A stretch of 54,532 nucleotides of DNA from Oopsacas minuta (lineage: Eukaryota; Animalia; Porifera): the NCBI GenBank assembly GCA_024704765.1, contig JAKMXF010000042.1, positions 1 through 54,532 on the forward strand, given 5' to 3'. The position numbers and the translations under genes are program-made. The notes under the pieces are model-generated. The model was given only the letters and a program-made list of their open reading frames with translations, was not told the origin of the DNA and ran no database searches. Within the stretch, counting starts at the first letter, position 1, and every line of letters starts with the position of its first letter. Positions 23,051 to 35,778 of this stretch are shown here, one piece after another.

Positions 23051-23286
23051 CATAGATTGTGTCATCTGTTCCTTTTGTTGTTGCAGGAAATATTCCCAAA
23101 TCTCAGATGGAGCAGGAGTAGAAGGAGGGACTGAGTAATGAACTGGTACATCTTACCAGTCCATTATCTCATCGCCTGTCCCTCTTTCCTTTGCCTCATA
23201 CTCTGGATCTATGTCAATATGCGAGGTTTCAGGAGCTGTATGCTGTTCTGGTACCAGATCTTGTTCCATAGTGCTAATGTTATCTT
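23051..23286 (-). repeat. Dispersed 236-bp repeat (inverse of 28089-28325; diverged copy at 35346-35415)
   Basis: Shares atggaacaagatctggtaccagaacagcatacagctcctgaa; decayed reading frame MEQDLVPEQHTAPE... Confidence 0.85.
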
Positions 23287-23289
23287 ACT

Positions 23290-23568
23290 TTTTATCAGTG
23301 TTTGTTCGATAAAATGCCTTTTGGAGATAGACTATGTCTTAAGACTCTTCTCCGTCAAATGACTATTCTGAAAGCAAACGAAGTTATATTTCTAGAGAAA
23401 ACTCCAATCAGCCAGGAGGCTAAGGCTTTCATCAGACGCTGTCTCACTTACAGTAAGGAGGACAGACCTGATATTCTTACTCTGGCACTGGATCCTTATC
23501 TGAAATCTCCTGAAACATCGATTTATTCAATACAACAACCCGCTCGCTTTGTTTGTTCTACGATATAG
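23290..23568 (+). pseudogene. TLK: Isolated C-terminal kinase fragment of a Tousled-like kinase
   Basis: FYQCLFDKMPFG...TILKANEVIF...ISQEAKAFIRRCLTYSKEDRPDILTLALDPYL closely follows TLK (FYQCLYGRKPFG...TILKATEV...EAKAFIRRCLAYRKEDR...DPYL); upstream part is absent. Confidence 0.8.
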
Positions 23569-23698
23569 CTTTGAAGTTATGCTTTTATAGAACAGTTGTT
23601 ACTCTAACTTGTGAATATTTATCCGTTACTAGAGTATTATTTTTATTAACTCATATCGTAATTCCTATTAGTCAACCTACATTTCCCATTTACTGAGA

Positions 23699-23998
23699 AC
23701 GAGCCAAAGGCTCGTCGCTTCGCGATAAACTCGGCGCATTGTGCCTCGAGGTATTCAACGCAATGATGTTGTTTACAATATTCAGACTTAGCATACTCGA
23801 TTACCCCAAGATAGTCTCTGAAAGTATGATTCTACCTCAATTTTGAAATCTGTTTACTCTATGTACCTAAAAGTAAACAACTATTGACAATATGTTGTTT
23901 ATATTATCATATTCGGATTCAGCATGTTTGATATATTTAGTGAAGGTTTATTGAATTCTATTTACTTCCTTGATAAACAAGATAAATACATAGTTATG
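23699..23998 (+). repeat. Helentron-like repeat copy
   Basis: Hairpin acgagccaaaggctcgt plus body (actcgattacccc..., ggattcagcatgtt...catagttatg) matching 35779-36096. Confidence 0.7.
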
Positions 23999-24157
23999 GA
24001 GCAATCGAATGTTCACAATAGATAACAGCAGAAATACCAGATTGGAACTTAATAATAATAACACGGGAACGGAACAAGGGTCAATTGAATTCGTTTCAAA
24101 TATGACATCACACCAAGATCAGTAAACACAGAAGATATTGACTGTGGTAATGATAAA

Positions 24158-24220
24158 GAATTAAGAAGATCCGCCAGAATTAGAAAGAAGCAATGTTATT
24201 TGGAAGATTATATCACCTGA
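24158..24220 (+). mobile_element. Possible LTR-retrotransposon pol C-terminal tail relic
   Basis: ELRRSARIRKKQCYLEDYIT* fits the LRRSxRxRxxPxYLxDY motif found at the end of many integrases; nothing else recognised. Confidence 0.4.
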
Positions 24221-25061
24221 TAAGCTCAGGAAACAAAGTAGAGATTGAGTAATTAACTGACATAAGTTATTTTCTATTGAAGATGATGGAGTAATAGCAA
24301 TATTCATGTAGTAAATTGTTAGGAGCTTTTCGGGTTATATGTATCATTTATTGTAGTTCATTAACTTAAAGTAAAAAGCGTACATAACACCAGCATAAGC
24401 CAGACATTCCTTACATTCTATAGCTTATTTGCATAAATATATTGTGGTACTAAATCTTTATGTATTTCATTGAAATTGGAATGATAAATCAATACAGTAT
24501 ATAGATAACACAAAGTGGTAAGTAACGTTTGTTTTGGACAAAAGAAGCAACTGATGTACCCTAATACATAGACCTCATATTTCTGAAGTGGAAAGTGTAT
24601 ATAGGAATTTGCTAAAACAGATGAAATAATGTTAACACAGCTGGAGCTGTTTGGAATAATTTTAACTGTAATTGTATCAGTGCTTGATCAAGATACCTGA
24701 ATTATTGTTTCCATCCTTGTTTGTTCAAATATTGGAAAATATACATATATTCCGTTTATGTCTACAATACCCAGGCCAATGAAATTATTCAAATACGTAT
24801 GCTGTCAACATCATTGCTGTTTCCACCCTGATTATGAAAAATGATTTAAGAGCTTAATACAATTAAGTTTGCGATAATTGAATACTATAAACGCCTAAGT
24901 ATCATATGAACGCAGCAGCCAAATTTAATTTTTTAGGAAAAGAAGACAAATAAATCTAAATCAAAACTAAACGAACTACAAAAACAATAAAATAATCTTA
25001 AACAAATTTGGTTATATAACAAGAGAATAAAGAAACAATAATGACTACAAGTTATAAGATA

Positions 25062-26210
25062 TTATTTATTTGGTAACAAAGGATCAGAACATACTTGATA
25101 TCGATGTATCTTGGCTTTTCTCTTCATAAAGAATTTCAATAGAAAGAATAGAAAAGTTGAATTCACAATAATAAAATTGAAATAAATAATAAAGTCAGCT
25201 AGATGTACCAATATTAAAAAGCAATAGCTGATTATATTGAGAGCATGATTCGTAGACTCTGGTATTGTGAACATAGGAATATCGTAAGTCACATGAAACC
25301 AACAAGCATTCACACAGATTGATTCAAAAATAACATACAAGTTGTAGAAGATTAAACTCTTTAGAATATATAATTCAAAGGTAAATAAGAAAACAAAAAC
25401 AAGTACTTTATATTGTTTTAGCAAATATTTTTGTTGGTGATGTAATCTGGGATTGTGGAGATGGTATGCATCTATAATACGACTATTCATGGCAGCAAAG
25501 AATTTCTTCTTAGCGATATAGAGCACAATAAAGAAACTGATTTGTTCCATCAAGTCTTGAGCTATTTTACCAGCTATGCTAGTATATGGAATTAGTCTAA
25601 TTATTGTGATTGCAATATTGATAACTATTCCTAACAAGATGAAGTGAAGAACTGTTTTCACTTTCAACACATTTCTAGCAGCAAAACTCAAATGGAGAAG
25701 AGATGCACCGAACAACCAAATCATCATGGAAAACGATAAATCCTCACAAATTGAAAGAGCATTAAAGACAATCAGACCAAATCTCGTGTCATATGCATCC
25801 CCTAGAAATGTCCCCGTTTGTAATGTGCAGTTAGAACCAATCGAGATCAAGATATCCTCAGGATTATAAAAGAGATACAAAAACCCGAAAATGTTTATGA
25901 TTGAGCAATAGCTCAGCTCGAAACATAGAAAAATAAGAAAAATAAAATTCCTTAAGATGGCTTCATTTTTCAAGAAGAGGCGATGCATGCAATCGTATGA
26001 ATTATCTATTTGCATTCTATCTACTAATCTCTTTTTGTATTTTACTGCTGTGGATAAAACAATTATGACATAAACTAACCAGAATACACATAGAGAAGTG
26101 TATACAAATCCCAGTACCTGATCAACATAATACACTTTATCGTTAACAGAGCTTAGATATGTAAACTCATCGGGGCGAGGTCCTGAACTTTTGTTAGAAG
26201 AGTCAATCAT
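25062..26210 (-). CDS. Orphan multi-pass (about 7TM) membrane protein, 382 aa
   Basis: Intact single-exon ORF with about 7 hydrophobic segments; no canonical rhodopsin motifs (no DRY or NPxxY). Confidence 0.8.
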   Translation of the reverse strand: MIDSSNKSSGPRPDEFTYLSSVNDKVYYVDQVLGFVYTSLCVFWLVYVIIVLSTAVKYKKRLVDRMQIDNSYDCMHRLFLKNEAILRNFIFLIFLCFELSYCSIINIFGFLYLFYNPEDILISIGSNCTLQTGTFLGDAYDTRFGLIVFNALSICEDLSFSMMIWLFGASLLHLSFAARNVLKVKTVLHFILLGIVINIAITIIRLIPYTSIAGKIAQDLMEQISFFIVLYIAKKKFFAAMNSRIIDAYHLHNPRLHHQQKYLLKQYKVLVFVFLFTFELYILKSLIFYNLYVIFESICVNACWFHVTYDIPMFTIPESTNHALNIISYCFLILVHLADFIIYFNFIIVNSTFLFFLLKFFMKRKAKIHRYQVCSDPLLPNK

Positions 26211-27839
26211 ATTGGTAAATTCTATAATTCAACAAATGAGTTGAGTTTTATACTTAATATTGTAGAAATAAACTTGGGTATAATATTACGGGGAAATTCC
26301 TACTGGTTGATGTATAAAATTTCATTAGCAATATTGCATAACATGTAATTACCAAATTTGTTTGGTTCAGTCAATAATTCATTTTGATGTTAGTTAATAG
26401 AGGATATATTATAAATCATATCCTCAATAAGACTTTTAAGAAAGAGAGATTATGAGTGGACTAAAGAATTTATCCTTTTATATTATCGACTCCTAACAAT
26501 CGGAAGGCTATAGAACCACGTAGAACGTTAAATACAGTAGATGCCGGATAAGAACATGCGGGTTATAAGAACAATTTACTGGAAAACAGTTGCCATACGC
26601 CCCAATATAATTCATACCGGTTCTAAGAACACTCTTAGAGTAGCAGTCTAATTGGTTCTTATTACCGGTATGGTTGTTGAATTGGCATAATTATCCAGTA
26701 GATATGAGAACGTCTTCCCATAATATTGTTCTTACATCCAAATCTGTTCGAATAAAATGTTTTCATAACCGGCACCCCAAAATCCTACATGCCGGATATA
26801 AGAACATTATGTCCAGTTCCTGACGATGATTTTACAACCAGCATCCACTGTATTGATATATTTGAGTAAATTATCAGAAGTTTCATTGTGTACCAAATCC
26901 GATCACATTTCACTTCATGATCACGAATTATTTGCAATATATTTTGTTCTGCTGACGAGAGATCAGTGGCGGATCCAGGGGATATGGTGATATATCCTCC
27001 CCACCACCAGGACAATTCTATATGATCCAGAATGATTGTGGTAGGTATTGAAAAATTATGTTAATAGACTGAAGTTTTACACAAATTGCAAATAGTTTCG
27101 GCTTGCATCGCTCGCATCCTACTCTCAATATCATGTTATATTATCCAAATCTCAAGTACTTTGTATTGATATAACGAAGGTTGTATGAGCAGTAATGGCA
27201 TACAATGAAGTATGTACACTTGTACAGGAATTATTCGCACCATGACACATACTTAGCTTATGGATAGCATTGTAATACACTCAGGCACAGGCACTGGCAC
27301 TGCCTTGAATTTGGGTTACCATGGATATGTTGATGCCGTACTGAATACTCGAATTTTATTGACCAGATGATCTGTTTGATCTTCTAGCAAGGATATTGCA
27401 ATACAACCGCAGAACGAGATTTTCAATCTTGATCACGCCGGTTGTTCACATTGCCAAAATCTTGAGCATTCTTTAACAATAGCTATAATAGCTTGGTCCA
27501 GCAGTCTTTCATGTCGAACCTTCTTTCTCACTAGCAAAATGTTAAAAGACATAATAGGTGTTGACGTTTTCACGTTGGCGGCTGAATTTGTATATATTTA
27601 CTTTTTCTAAGCCAGCTACGGTTTTAGCTGAGGTAGAGCATGGAGTTAAGAGCACTCCCTATTTCTCCTTCACTGATCCAGCCAAAAAAGGCCATCTTCC
27701 AGGCTCCAGCCGGCTATAATTTCTTTTCAAACTGGTGGGCCTCATTTGCAGACTCTGCACCAACATGCTCCTGATATAAGTTATGAGACTCTTCAGACTA
27801 GGTCTACGACCCCCACATCATAGATAGAAAATATCCCCT

Positions 27840-27905
27840 CATGTTACTTGCACCATCATATCCCTGAGATCACAACACGGCTATGTCGGGATTAAGGGTC
27901 AAAGG
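27840..27905 (-). mobile_element. hAT transposase relic (ZMYM1/TTF-type motif)
   Basis: The minus strand reads SQGYDGASNMRG, a diagnostic hAT motif; surroundings are decayed. Confidence 0.5.
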
Positions 27906-28088
27906 GTTTTTGAAGTTGAGGGGTAGTGTCATAGGAAATTGATAATACCGTTAATTTCTATACCTGAATAATCGCCGTGGTATTCTCGTGCATTATATAC
28001 ATAAGTGATCTGGCGCTTATTCAGGGAAATACTCTGTTTAACTTTAAGTTATTTATCCAAATTGATTGATTAAACTTTGGAAATTAGA

Positions 28089-28325
28089 AAAGATAATATT
28101 AGCACTATGGAACAAGATCTGGTACCAGAACAGCATACAGCTCCTGAAGCCTCGCCTATGGACATAGATCCAGAGTAGGAGGCAATGGACATAGGGACAG
28201 GCAATGAGCTAAAGGACTGGTAAGACGTACCAGTCCATCACTCAGTCCCTCCTTCTACTCTTGCTCCATCTTAGATTTGGGAATATTTCCTGCAACAACA
28301 AAAGGAATAGATGACACAATCTATG
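28089..28325 (+). repeat. Dispersed repeat, copy 2 (see 23051-23286)
   Basis: Reverse-complement match to 23051-23286. Confidence 0.85.
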
Positions 28326-29494
28326 GATACACAACAACCTCACATTCCTGTAGCCACTACTCCCTTACATCAACAGTATAGCATTCATTATACATGCTAC
28401 CCTCCTGTACACTACGATACTACTCATTACGGTACTATTCCCCAATCATTCCCTCTCTTTTCTAATTGCTTCCTTATTTCCGTATAATTTATGTATTTTA
28501 ATTCACATACCTCAATCAATCTTTCGGGTAAGAACAATTACGAAGCACTGCTCCTAAGCCGAACATGTCTAACTGCACCTATGCCATACATTAGTGTGAT
28601 AGCACTAGGGTTATATACATGTGTGTTATTCATTTAGTGTTGAGTAACAAGAAACAATGTGAGTAATATTCTGAACAGTTTCGCTCTACTGTTCACATCT
28701 GAATTATTTTGTAACCAATTAACACCATGGATCAATAATGATGAAACTTGTATACAAATTCCTACATTATAGTCATGTTGTCAATGACCATGGATAGATG
28801 GAAGCAACTCAGGAAGAATCACAGAAATTACATCAGAAAAGCAAATGTTTATGGGCTAGAAATTATATAATTGTTCCTTGTTTGCTCGTAAAGTTATTCT
28901 GTTTTCTCTGAAAGGCTGTAAGCTTTATATCAATACTCCTACACAACTTGTGTTTTTCTACAATAACTCTAGTGTACAGCTATCTCCTGCTAATCTTCAT
29001 TACCCAGCTATTGAGAAACAGTTGACTACATATCCAAGGTGTGGAATTAATCTCTGTGATTATCCTATACACTTCTTAGTACGGATACTTTTCAGATAGG
29101 AGCTACGTCTTATAAAGTTATTGGTCCGGACTCTTTCTCCGTAAACGTTACACCTTTCTCGAATCCTGGCAAACTCTATCTTCCTTACCCGCTACCAGGA
29201 AATTCTGCGAGGCCCTGGCAGACCAGAAGAATGGTATGATGCAGTGGCATGAACTAGAAGGGACTCTCAGCAGCTCAGAAGAGCTTGTTCTAAACAAAGC
29301 GTTAGATGAAAGGTTTAACGAGTATCTATCCACTGAGAAATATCCTAGAATATCCAACAAGCATTCTAGCGATCATTCCTAGCAACCAAAATAGAACATT
29401 GATATTGACATGTAAGCGATTTTACACTACAGCTGTTAAATGTGAAATACTTCGTCTACGTTACGGGGGGAGAACCTTTCTGCTAATCTATATG

Positions 29495-29773
29495 ATTAAA
29501 TCTCAATTGTTGTTTGTTTGTTTGTTTGTTTGTTGTCATGGAAAGGATTTACGGTATGCAAATTGAAATTGTTGCATAACTATGTATTTACGTGTTTAAC
29601 AGAGAAGTAATAGAATTCAATACACTTCACTAAATATGTCGAACACGCCGAATCAAATTTCAAAATTGAGGTAGAAAAATTCTTTCGACTATACTGGTAT
29701 ACTCGAGTATTCTGCGTCTGAATATTGTACACAACATTAATATTATTCAATCTCAATTGTTGTTTGTCCGTTG
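29495..29773 (-). repeat. Helentron-like repeat bounded by direct repeats, with an expanded (TTTG)n tract
   Basis: aatctcaattgttgtttgt occurs at both ~29498 and ~29750; body matches the reverse complement of 35940-36096. Confidence 0.65.
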
Positions 29774-29777
29774 ACTA

Positions 29778-31153
29778 CAGTCTGTTTCAAAAATATTGGC
29801 GGTAAATTATAATATTAATATTTCAGAAATTGGAACAAATAGCAAATAGATAATGATACTACGAAATTCTACAGGTAAGATAAATCTGTAAACAAAATTT
29901 CAGTAATTAATCTTCTCCCCTCTCGAATTTATGCACATATTTACACGGTTAGGCATAGATAATATAAAATTTTTCAGGAAATCGGGGGTAAAAGTCTCCC
30001 ATTCGTAAATTATAGCTACTTCTAAATCAGCCAAGTTATTGAGAGATCTCTTTGACAACCTCTGCTTTAGGACTCCCCAGATGTTCTCAATTGGATTTAA
30101 GTCCGGAGAATAGGCAGGCCAATCCAATACTAGAATATTTTCACTATCTTTCCACTCTTTGCTGAGCTTAGATTTATGAATTGGGGAATTGTCTTCCTGC
30201 AGAATTCATCCCTCAGGATAGAAAACATCAGCTGTTCTGATTAAACACTCATTCAGAGTATCAATATACAATTTGGAGACAAAATTAGAAGTAAATATCT
30301 TCAATATTGTGGTTCCCATGGAAGAAATCCCTCCCCAAACGTGTAATTATGGTGTGTGCCGTTGAACCTTCAGAATAGGATTTTCTTTTGCTTTAGTCCA
30401 CATGCCAACACTTCCCCGATTTAACCAAATAGAACATTCGTCTGTGAAGAATACATTCTCCCAACAATAATTCACATGATCTTTACACCATTCAACTCTG
30501 TTTTTAGCTATTAATGGGGTAATGAATGGTCCCATAACAGGTTGTTTAAAGTTAAATCCACAAGCACGAGTTGCCCGGTAGACTGTTGAAGTTGACGGAG
30601 CATTGGTGTACTTGGAAGAGAGATTCGCGTGTACAGAACGTATAGAGATCTTAGAATGAGAATTTAACGTTCGTATAATTGATTGTTTGTGTGAATATGT
30701 GATAGCCTTAGGACGCCCACTAACACTTTTATGTGTTATGCTTTTGCCTTCACGAAGTATAGATTTTATACGAAAATTGTCCTCAATGGTATCCCTGTTT
30801 TAGCAGAGATTTCTTTCGCTGATGTAATACCTGCATCAATAAATATTTTGATTTTCTTCCTCTGTTCTAATTGCGACATTTAGCTACAAATAGGGCTAAA
30901 ATATAATTTGTTTTATTAAATGAGATCAAATTGGCAGCTGTGGCGGTGGGAAATTTTATGCCTCAAAATTCCCCGCTTCAAATATCTGAATCGAGGTAAA
31001 CATTAAGAAAGTCCATCATGATTAATGATAAATTTCATGATGACTATCTAAGTATGCAATATCGAAAAGATCAATAGATAATACTATCACACAATTGAAT
31101 AGGCTTAGGAAATATGAAATATGAACTACTGCCAATACTTTTGAAACAGACTG
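29778..31153 (-). mobile_element. Tc1-like (DD34E) transposon, 1376 bp, transposase pseudogenised
   Basis: TIR cagtctgtttcaaaa(a/g)tattggc at both ends, TA TSD; VFFTDEC and QEDNSPIH...WPAYSPDLNPIE with 34 residues between D and E. Confidence 0.9.
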
Positions 31154-31208
31154 TACCTCGAAGCGCAAGTCGTCGAGTTCATCACAAAGCGACGAGTCAA
31201 AGGCTCGT
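31154..31208 (-). repeat. Helentron-like repeat fragment abutting the Tc1 right end
   Basis: tacctcgaagcgc...gcgacgagtcaaaggctcgt. Confidence 0.55.
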
Positions 31209-31751
31209 TCTGATTCCAATAGTCGGACATTATCCACAGCTCTTGTAGTTAGTTTATTCATATTACGCAAGGAAAAACCTATGATTATTCTCACAAACAT
31301 GACTGCTCTATTCTTCAATTCAAATACGTGTTATAATTCTTTAATTAGACTATTGTAGTTATGTTTAGATGTGTGAGTTTAGTTTATTTGTCACGTGGAT
31401 GTCACCTACTCAATATGCTTATACTGGACAGAAACATCAATGCATAATTGTGTGATCTTCATCTGAATCGTATTTTACATGTTATGGAAGTTAATTCCAG
31501 GAATTTCCTTCTACTTTTGCTTATTTTGATGTTACCCCCAGGGTTCTCAGAATCCAACTATCCTACAAAATGCTTTCCTAATGACGTAATTAACTCAAAT
31601 ATTTGTAGGAAGAATTATGGAATAATTGGTATTTTATTACAAAACGAATCTCTCAATTACATTTCTCTTCACAACAAATCTGTACATATTCTACAGAGCT
31701 ATCTTCAAACTCTTTGCTATGTAGTTCACTAGATCCTAAAATACTAGCCTG

Positions 31752-32651
31752 TTGGTATATGCAGAGAGTACTGATAAGAGTGCTGTTATAAAGGAGGCTG
31801 TATTTGATACTAATACTTACGAAATCTCTTATACAAATGTATTGTACTCGTATCTGCTAGCTGAAATAACTGGTATTGCAATAGAACATAGGACAAAGCT
31901 GTTATACTGGACAGATGCGAGTAGAGAAGTTATAGAAATTGGGACTCTACAGGGTGACAAGAGATCAGTACTTGTACCGACTAATTCTAACCCAAACTTC
32001 CTTCTATTAGACACCAATACAAGTAAGCTCTACTGGATAGATACAAAGGATTCCCTGGATGGCTCCAGTAGAGAAACTATTCTCCCTCTACTCAATACCC
32101 GTATTATCTCTCTTGCTATAGCTACTCTATATTCACAGGGAAGTATATTTGAATACTTATTCTATACAGACGGGGGTGATATTATCAATTGTTATGTAGT
32201 AGATTTAGAAGTGACTTATATTCTTAGAACTTTATCTGGTTCTCATACTTCTATGGAGGTTTTTGGCGATGAATTATACTGGTTTGATTCTGACACGAAT
32301 AGAATATACTCTGCTAGGATTACCCCAGGGACTCCGCCATCCCTCTCTAATTTAACAGTTGTATTCAAGACAGATGAGGCTATAAGAGAAATTAATCTGG
32401 TTTCTACTACATCAGTTACCTATCCGGATACTGCCTGCTATTCTGAAGGTCTATGCTCTTATTTGTGTCTGCCTAGTGCTATTAATACTAAATACAAATG
32501 TGTTTGTCCAGTGGGTATAGACCTTCAGAATAGCAGGCAGTATCCGGACCTCCAACTGAAATTCTCAGCAGTTGGAGGCCCATGCACTTTACAGTGTATT
32601 GTGGCCTCATTTAGCGTCATATATGACGTAAGGCATCCGCGACACCCATAA
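31752..32651 (+). pseudogene. LRP/LDLR-family YWTD beta-propeller + EGF-like fragment
   Basis: GIAIEHRTKLLYWTDA, KLYWID, LFYTDG, LYWFDS followed by CYSEGLCSYLCLP...YKCVCPVG; no signal peptide, TM segment or flanking exons seen. Confidence 0.7.
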
Positions 32652-32758
32652 GGGTATCGTCTACATGGGTACGAGGGTTGCCTCGCACAAGAGTATATTA
32701 GCGGTTCTTCTTCAACTGTCCTCTCAGTAGCTCTAAAGCAAGAACAGACGGATCCCAT
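32525..32758 (-). CDS. Possible small lipidated zinc-finger-like protein (77 aa)
   Basis: MGSVCSC N-terminus (myristoylation/palmitoylation-like) and CRRYPYGC...HCKVH; short, no independent support. Confidence 0.3.
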   Translation of the reverse strand: MGSVCSCFRATERTVEEEPLIYSCARQPSYPCRRYPYGCRGCLTSYMTLNEATIHCKVHGPPTAENFSWRSGYCLLF

Positions 32759-33893
32759 CTCAACAAAATTGAACTTTTAGTGTGTTTAGAAAATAATAGA
32801 AATGTATGTATTGAACTGTCATTTCCGTATTAATTAAATATACATGTAGGTGAATATATTTTACAAATATGGGAACTTAACATTTACCAAAATGTGACAA
32901 TACTTCCCAAATTGGGTGTCTAAGATTACTGGAAAATAATCACTCCTAAATAATCACTACGTGTATATACCATTTGCATAATGTTTTGGGTTTATTGCTT
33001 TCTAGTAATAAAGCATGACTTTTGAATTGTTACATAGATAGAAATTACTATAAATATCAAACTATAGAATAATATTTCCTTCATCCCAAACTTGTGACAT
33101 TGAAGATATGAAATACATTAGTGCTGTTGTATGACAGAACAACTACCTTGTATAACCATAACCATGGATATTTCTGCTATGACAGAACAACTACCTATGT
33201 GGGCGCAGCATTTGTTAGAATCATTTACTGAGGTAACCTTGCAGTTTGTCGTAGTCCTATAAATTCAAGATTAGGTTGCTCTTTTTATTTGTAGACAATA
33301 CACTTAATAATTCAATAAGTAAACATACTAGCAATGTAAGTACAGATACAATAACAGCGTAACAGTACGAAAATAACTAATAATATGACTAGTATATTGG
33401 ACTCTAATTGATGAAGATAGGGAACATGTTCTCAATATTAGCGTCAGATAGGGCTGATTGTACAAGGTCTTGAATATTTTGGCTACAACTTTCACAACGG
33501 TGATAGGACATCTTGCCGAAAGATATTTTCTAGAAGTTATTGTGATCATGATTTCCTGACCCGGTGACCCGGTTTCGCTTTTCAAAACATTAATTTTCTA
33601 TATTCATGCGATTTGATAATGATTAGATTTTACTACGTTTGAATATTCAGGGATTTGGCAATGAGTATCCAGGGAGAGTTGTAGAAGTGGTTGGTAAGTC
33701 TGAACAAAGTACAGTGTTTTAAAATTCATGAAAAATGAAACGTCTAACTAATATTGACTGAAAATCTTTATGATTTTACGAACCGATATACTTTAAATAT
33801 CTATAAGGATATAAACCGGGTCAAGTCGAAATCAGTGACCCGGTTCAGACCCGAAATTTATTGAAAATAGTGACTCGGTCCAAGCCTGTTCGT

Positions 33894-35164
33894 CTACCAC
33901 TTCTCTAAACGTCTATTAAGTTGAACGTACTTCTTCTTAGATTTCGGCAGTTCATGTCCACATCTAGCTTTTTCTAGTGTAATTTCATTATCACTCTGTT
34001 CCATAATAATTTTGCGATGTAGTTTAGAGAGAGTTGGATGCGTTGTGTTGATTCTTATATCGAATGCTCTATGCCAGCCCTCCACAGAATTATTCGTCCG
34101 TGGCAGAACTCGTTCCATTCTATCTCTAACATTCCATAGTTCTATGGAAAATAACGGACGTCGTCTTCGCCCATGATGTTCTAACCCAATCCATTTCTTC
34201 TCATAGTAGTGAATGAAATCACTTAAGTCATCGACTAGATCATTAGATAGGGAATCAATGAGTTCTCCATAACATAGAATGACATCTATTTCCTGGTACA
34301 AATGCTAATCCCCGAAATTGCTTCATAACCACCGCGAATTCTTCATCACATTGGTAACGAAGTTGAAATCTTAGGGCCTGAATCTGTCGCCAAATCGCTT
34401 GCCCAAAATGAAAATAACATCCCTGAAGTACTGCAGTTGAAAATTATGTGTAAGTGCGTTTACAGCAGCTCTTTCAAAATCGATCATTATCGTATCAGGT
34501 TGTAATGAGGGAGCACGCTCCTTCAGAGTAGAGAAGATTTGATTATACGTCACTTCTGTTTTATTTTTAGCTATACAAAAGATTAGGGGAATTGTCACCG
34601 TCTCAGTTAATAACGCATGGACAGTGTATAATTGGTATCCAAGTGGTGCGGAATCAAACGTACAATCGCAAACCAATTTGGGTATCGAGCTAGCATTCTG
34701 ATGTTTTCTTCTGTTCCAAGGATAATTAGATCGATTTCTGGATTGTTGGCCCCTTGTTGTATGTATAGATTCGTAAAAATATATATCTGAAAGTTTCCTC
34801 TTGCGCGTCGTACAATTTTAGACAAGTATTCCTTAGTGGGAAGTTTTACTGTTGCAGCAATTGATATTGAGCTTGTTGCATTCTGGGTTACCGAAGAAGT
34901 AACTTCTTCAGTTAGTGTAGATCGGAATTTGATCGCTTCTATAGTTTTAACTGCCTCAACAGATGTGAAATCGGGTTGATGATTGTGGTTTTAGAGGTGA
35001 CTTTTTCACAAATCCGTTATTCTATAAGTCATCATACGACTATTGCATAAACCTCTCTTCTCGCAACGCCAATAAGTTGAATGATCAGAATCTTTATCTT
35101 TGATATATATGTAACCATTATATATCAGCTTCTTTCCTCCGAAAATTGTTGATGTCAATTCCAT
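33894..35164 (-). mobile_element. MULE (Mutator) transposase with FLYWCH domain, frameshifted and 3'-truncated
   Basis: N-terminal LIYNGYIYIKDK...YWRCERRGLCNSR (FLYWCH); DCTFDSAP..YQLYTVH, IMIDFERAAVNA, LWNV...RTNNSVEGWH. Confidence 0.88.
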
Positions 35165-35778
35165 TTTATCGATAATAGTAAGTATTCGATATTGCCAGTA
35201 TTTATAGCGATTATACTGGTAGAATGTGTATAAAACCTACCATTCATTACATTATTTATTTTATGAATATAATTAGTTACATATGATTAATTTGTTATCT
35301 TTCTGCAAAATGTCTTTCGGCAAGGTGTCCGGATACGCATTTCCTCATAGTCTGTCCCTATGTCCATGCACCATTCCTCTGGAGCTGTATCCTGGATTTC
35401 TGGTACCAGATCTTGTACTCGAGTTAAAATTTGCTACTCCCTGTATTTTGGTACAAGAGAATGTAAGGGAGTCATCTTTCGTATCTCCCTCATCTTCACA
35501 TTGTATGTAATCTTATTTACGTTATTTTGTTGTTTACATTCGGACTATAGAACCTATAGCCCTTCAGTTTGGTTATTAACTCTATTTTTTGGTTTCTAAA
35601 TATCAATGATTCAAAGGCTGCTCCATCTGTTGAGTATATCTCTTATTCATAATTGGTGTGAATTGTTTTACTCGATGACTAACTTAAATCTAGCTTGTTG
35701 ACGTATGTTAGTTAATAAACATCTCAATGCACAGTGGTATTATTAATTAATTCAGCCATTATTTGGATTATTATATAA

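Noticed and set aside
29116-29390. Stop-free plus-strand frame (SYWSGLFLRKRYTFLESW...)
   Set aside because: No start codon context or recognisable family
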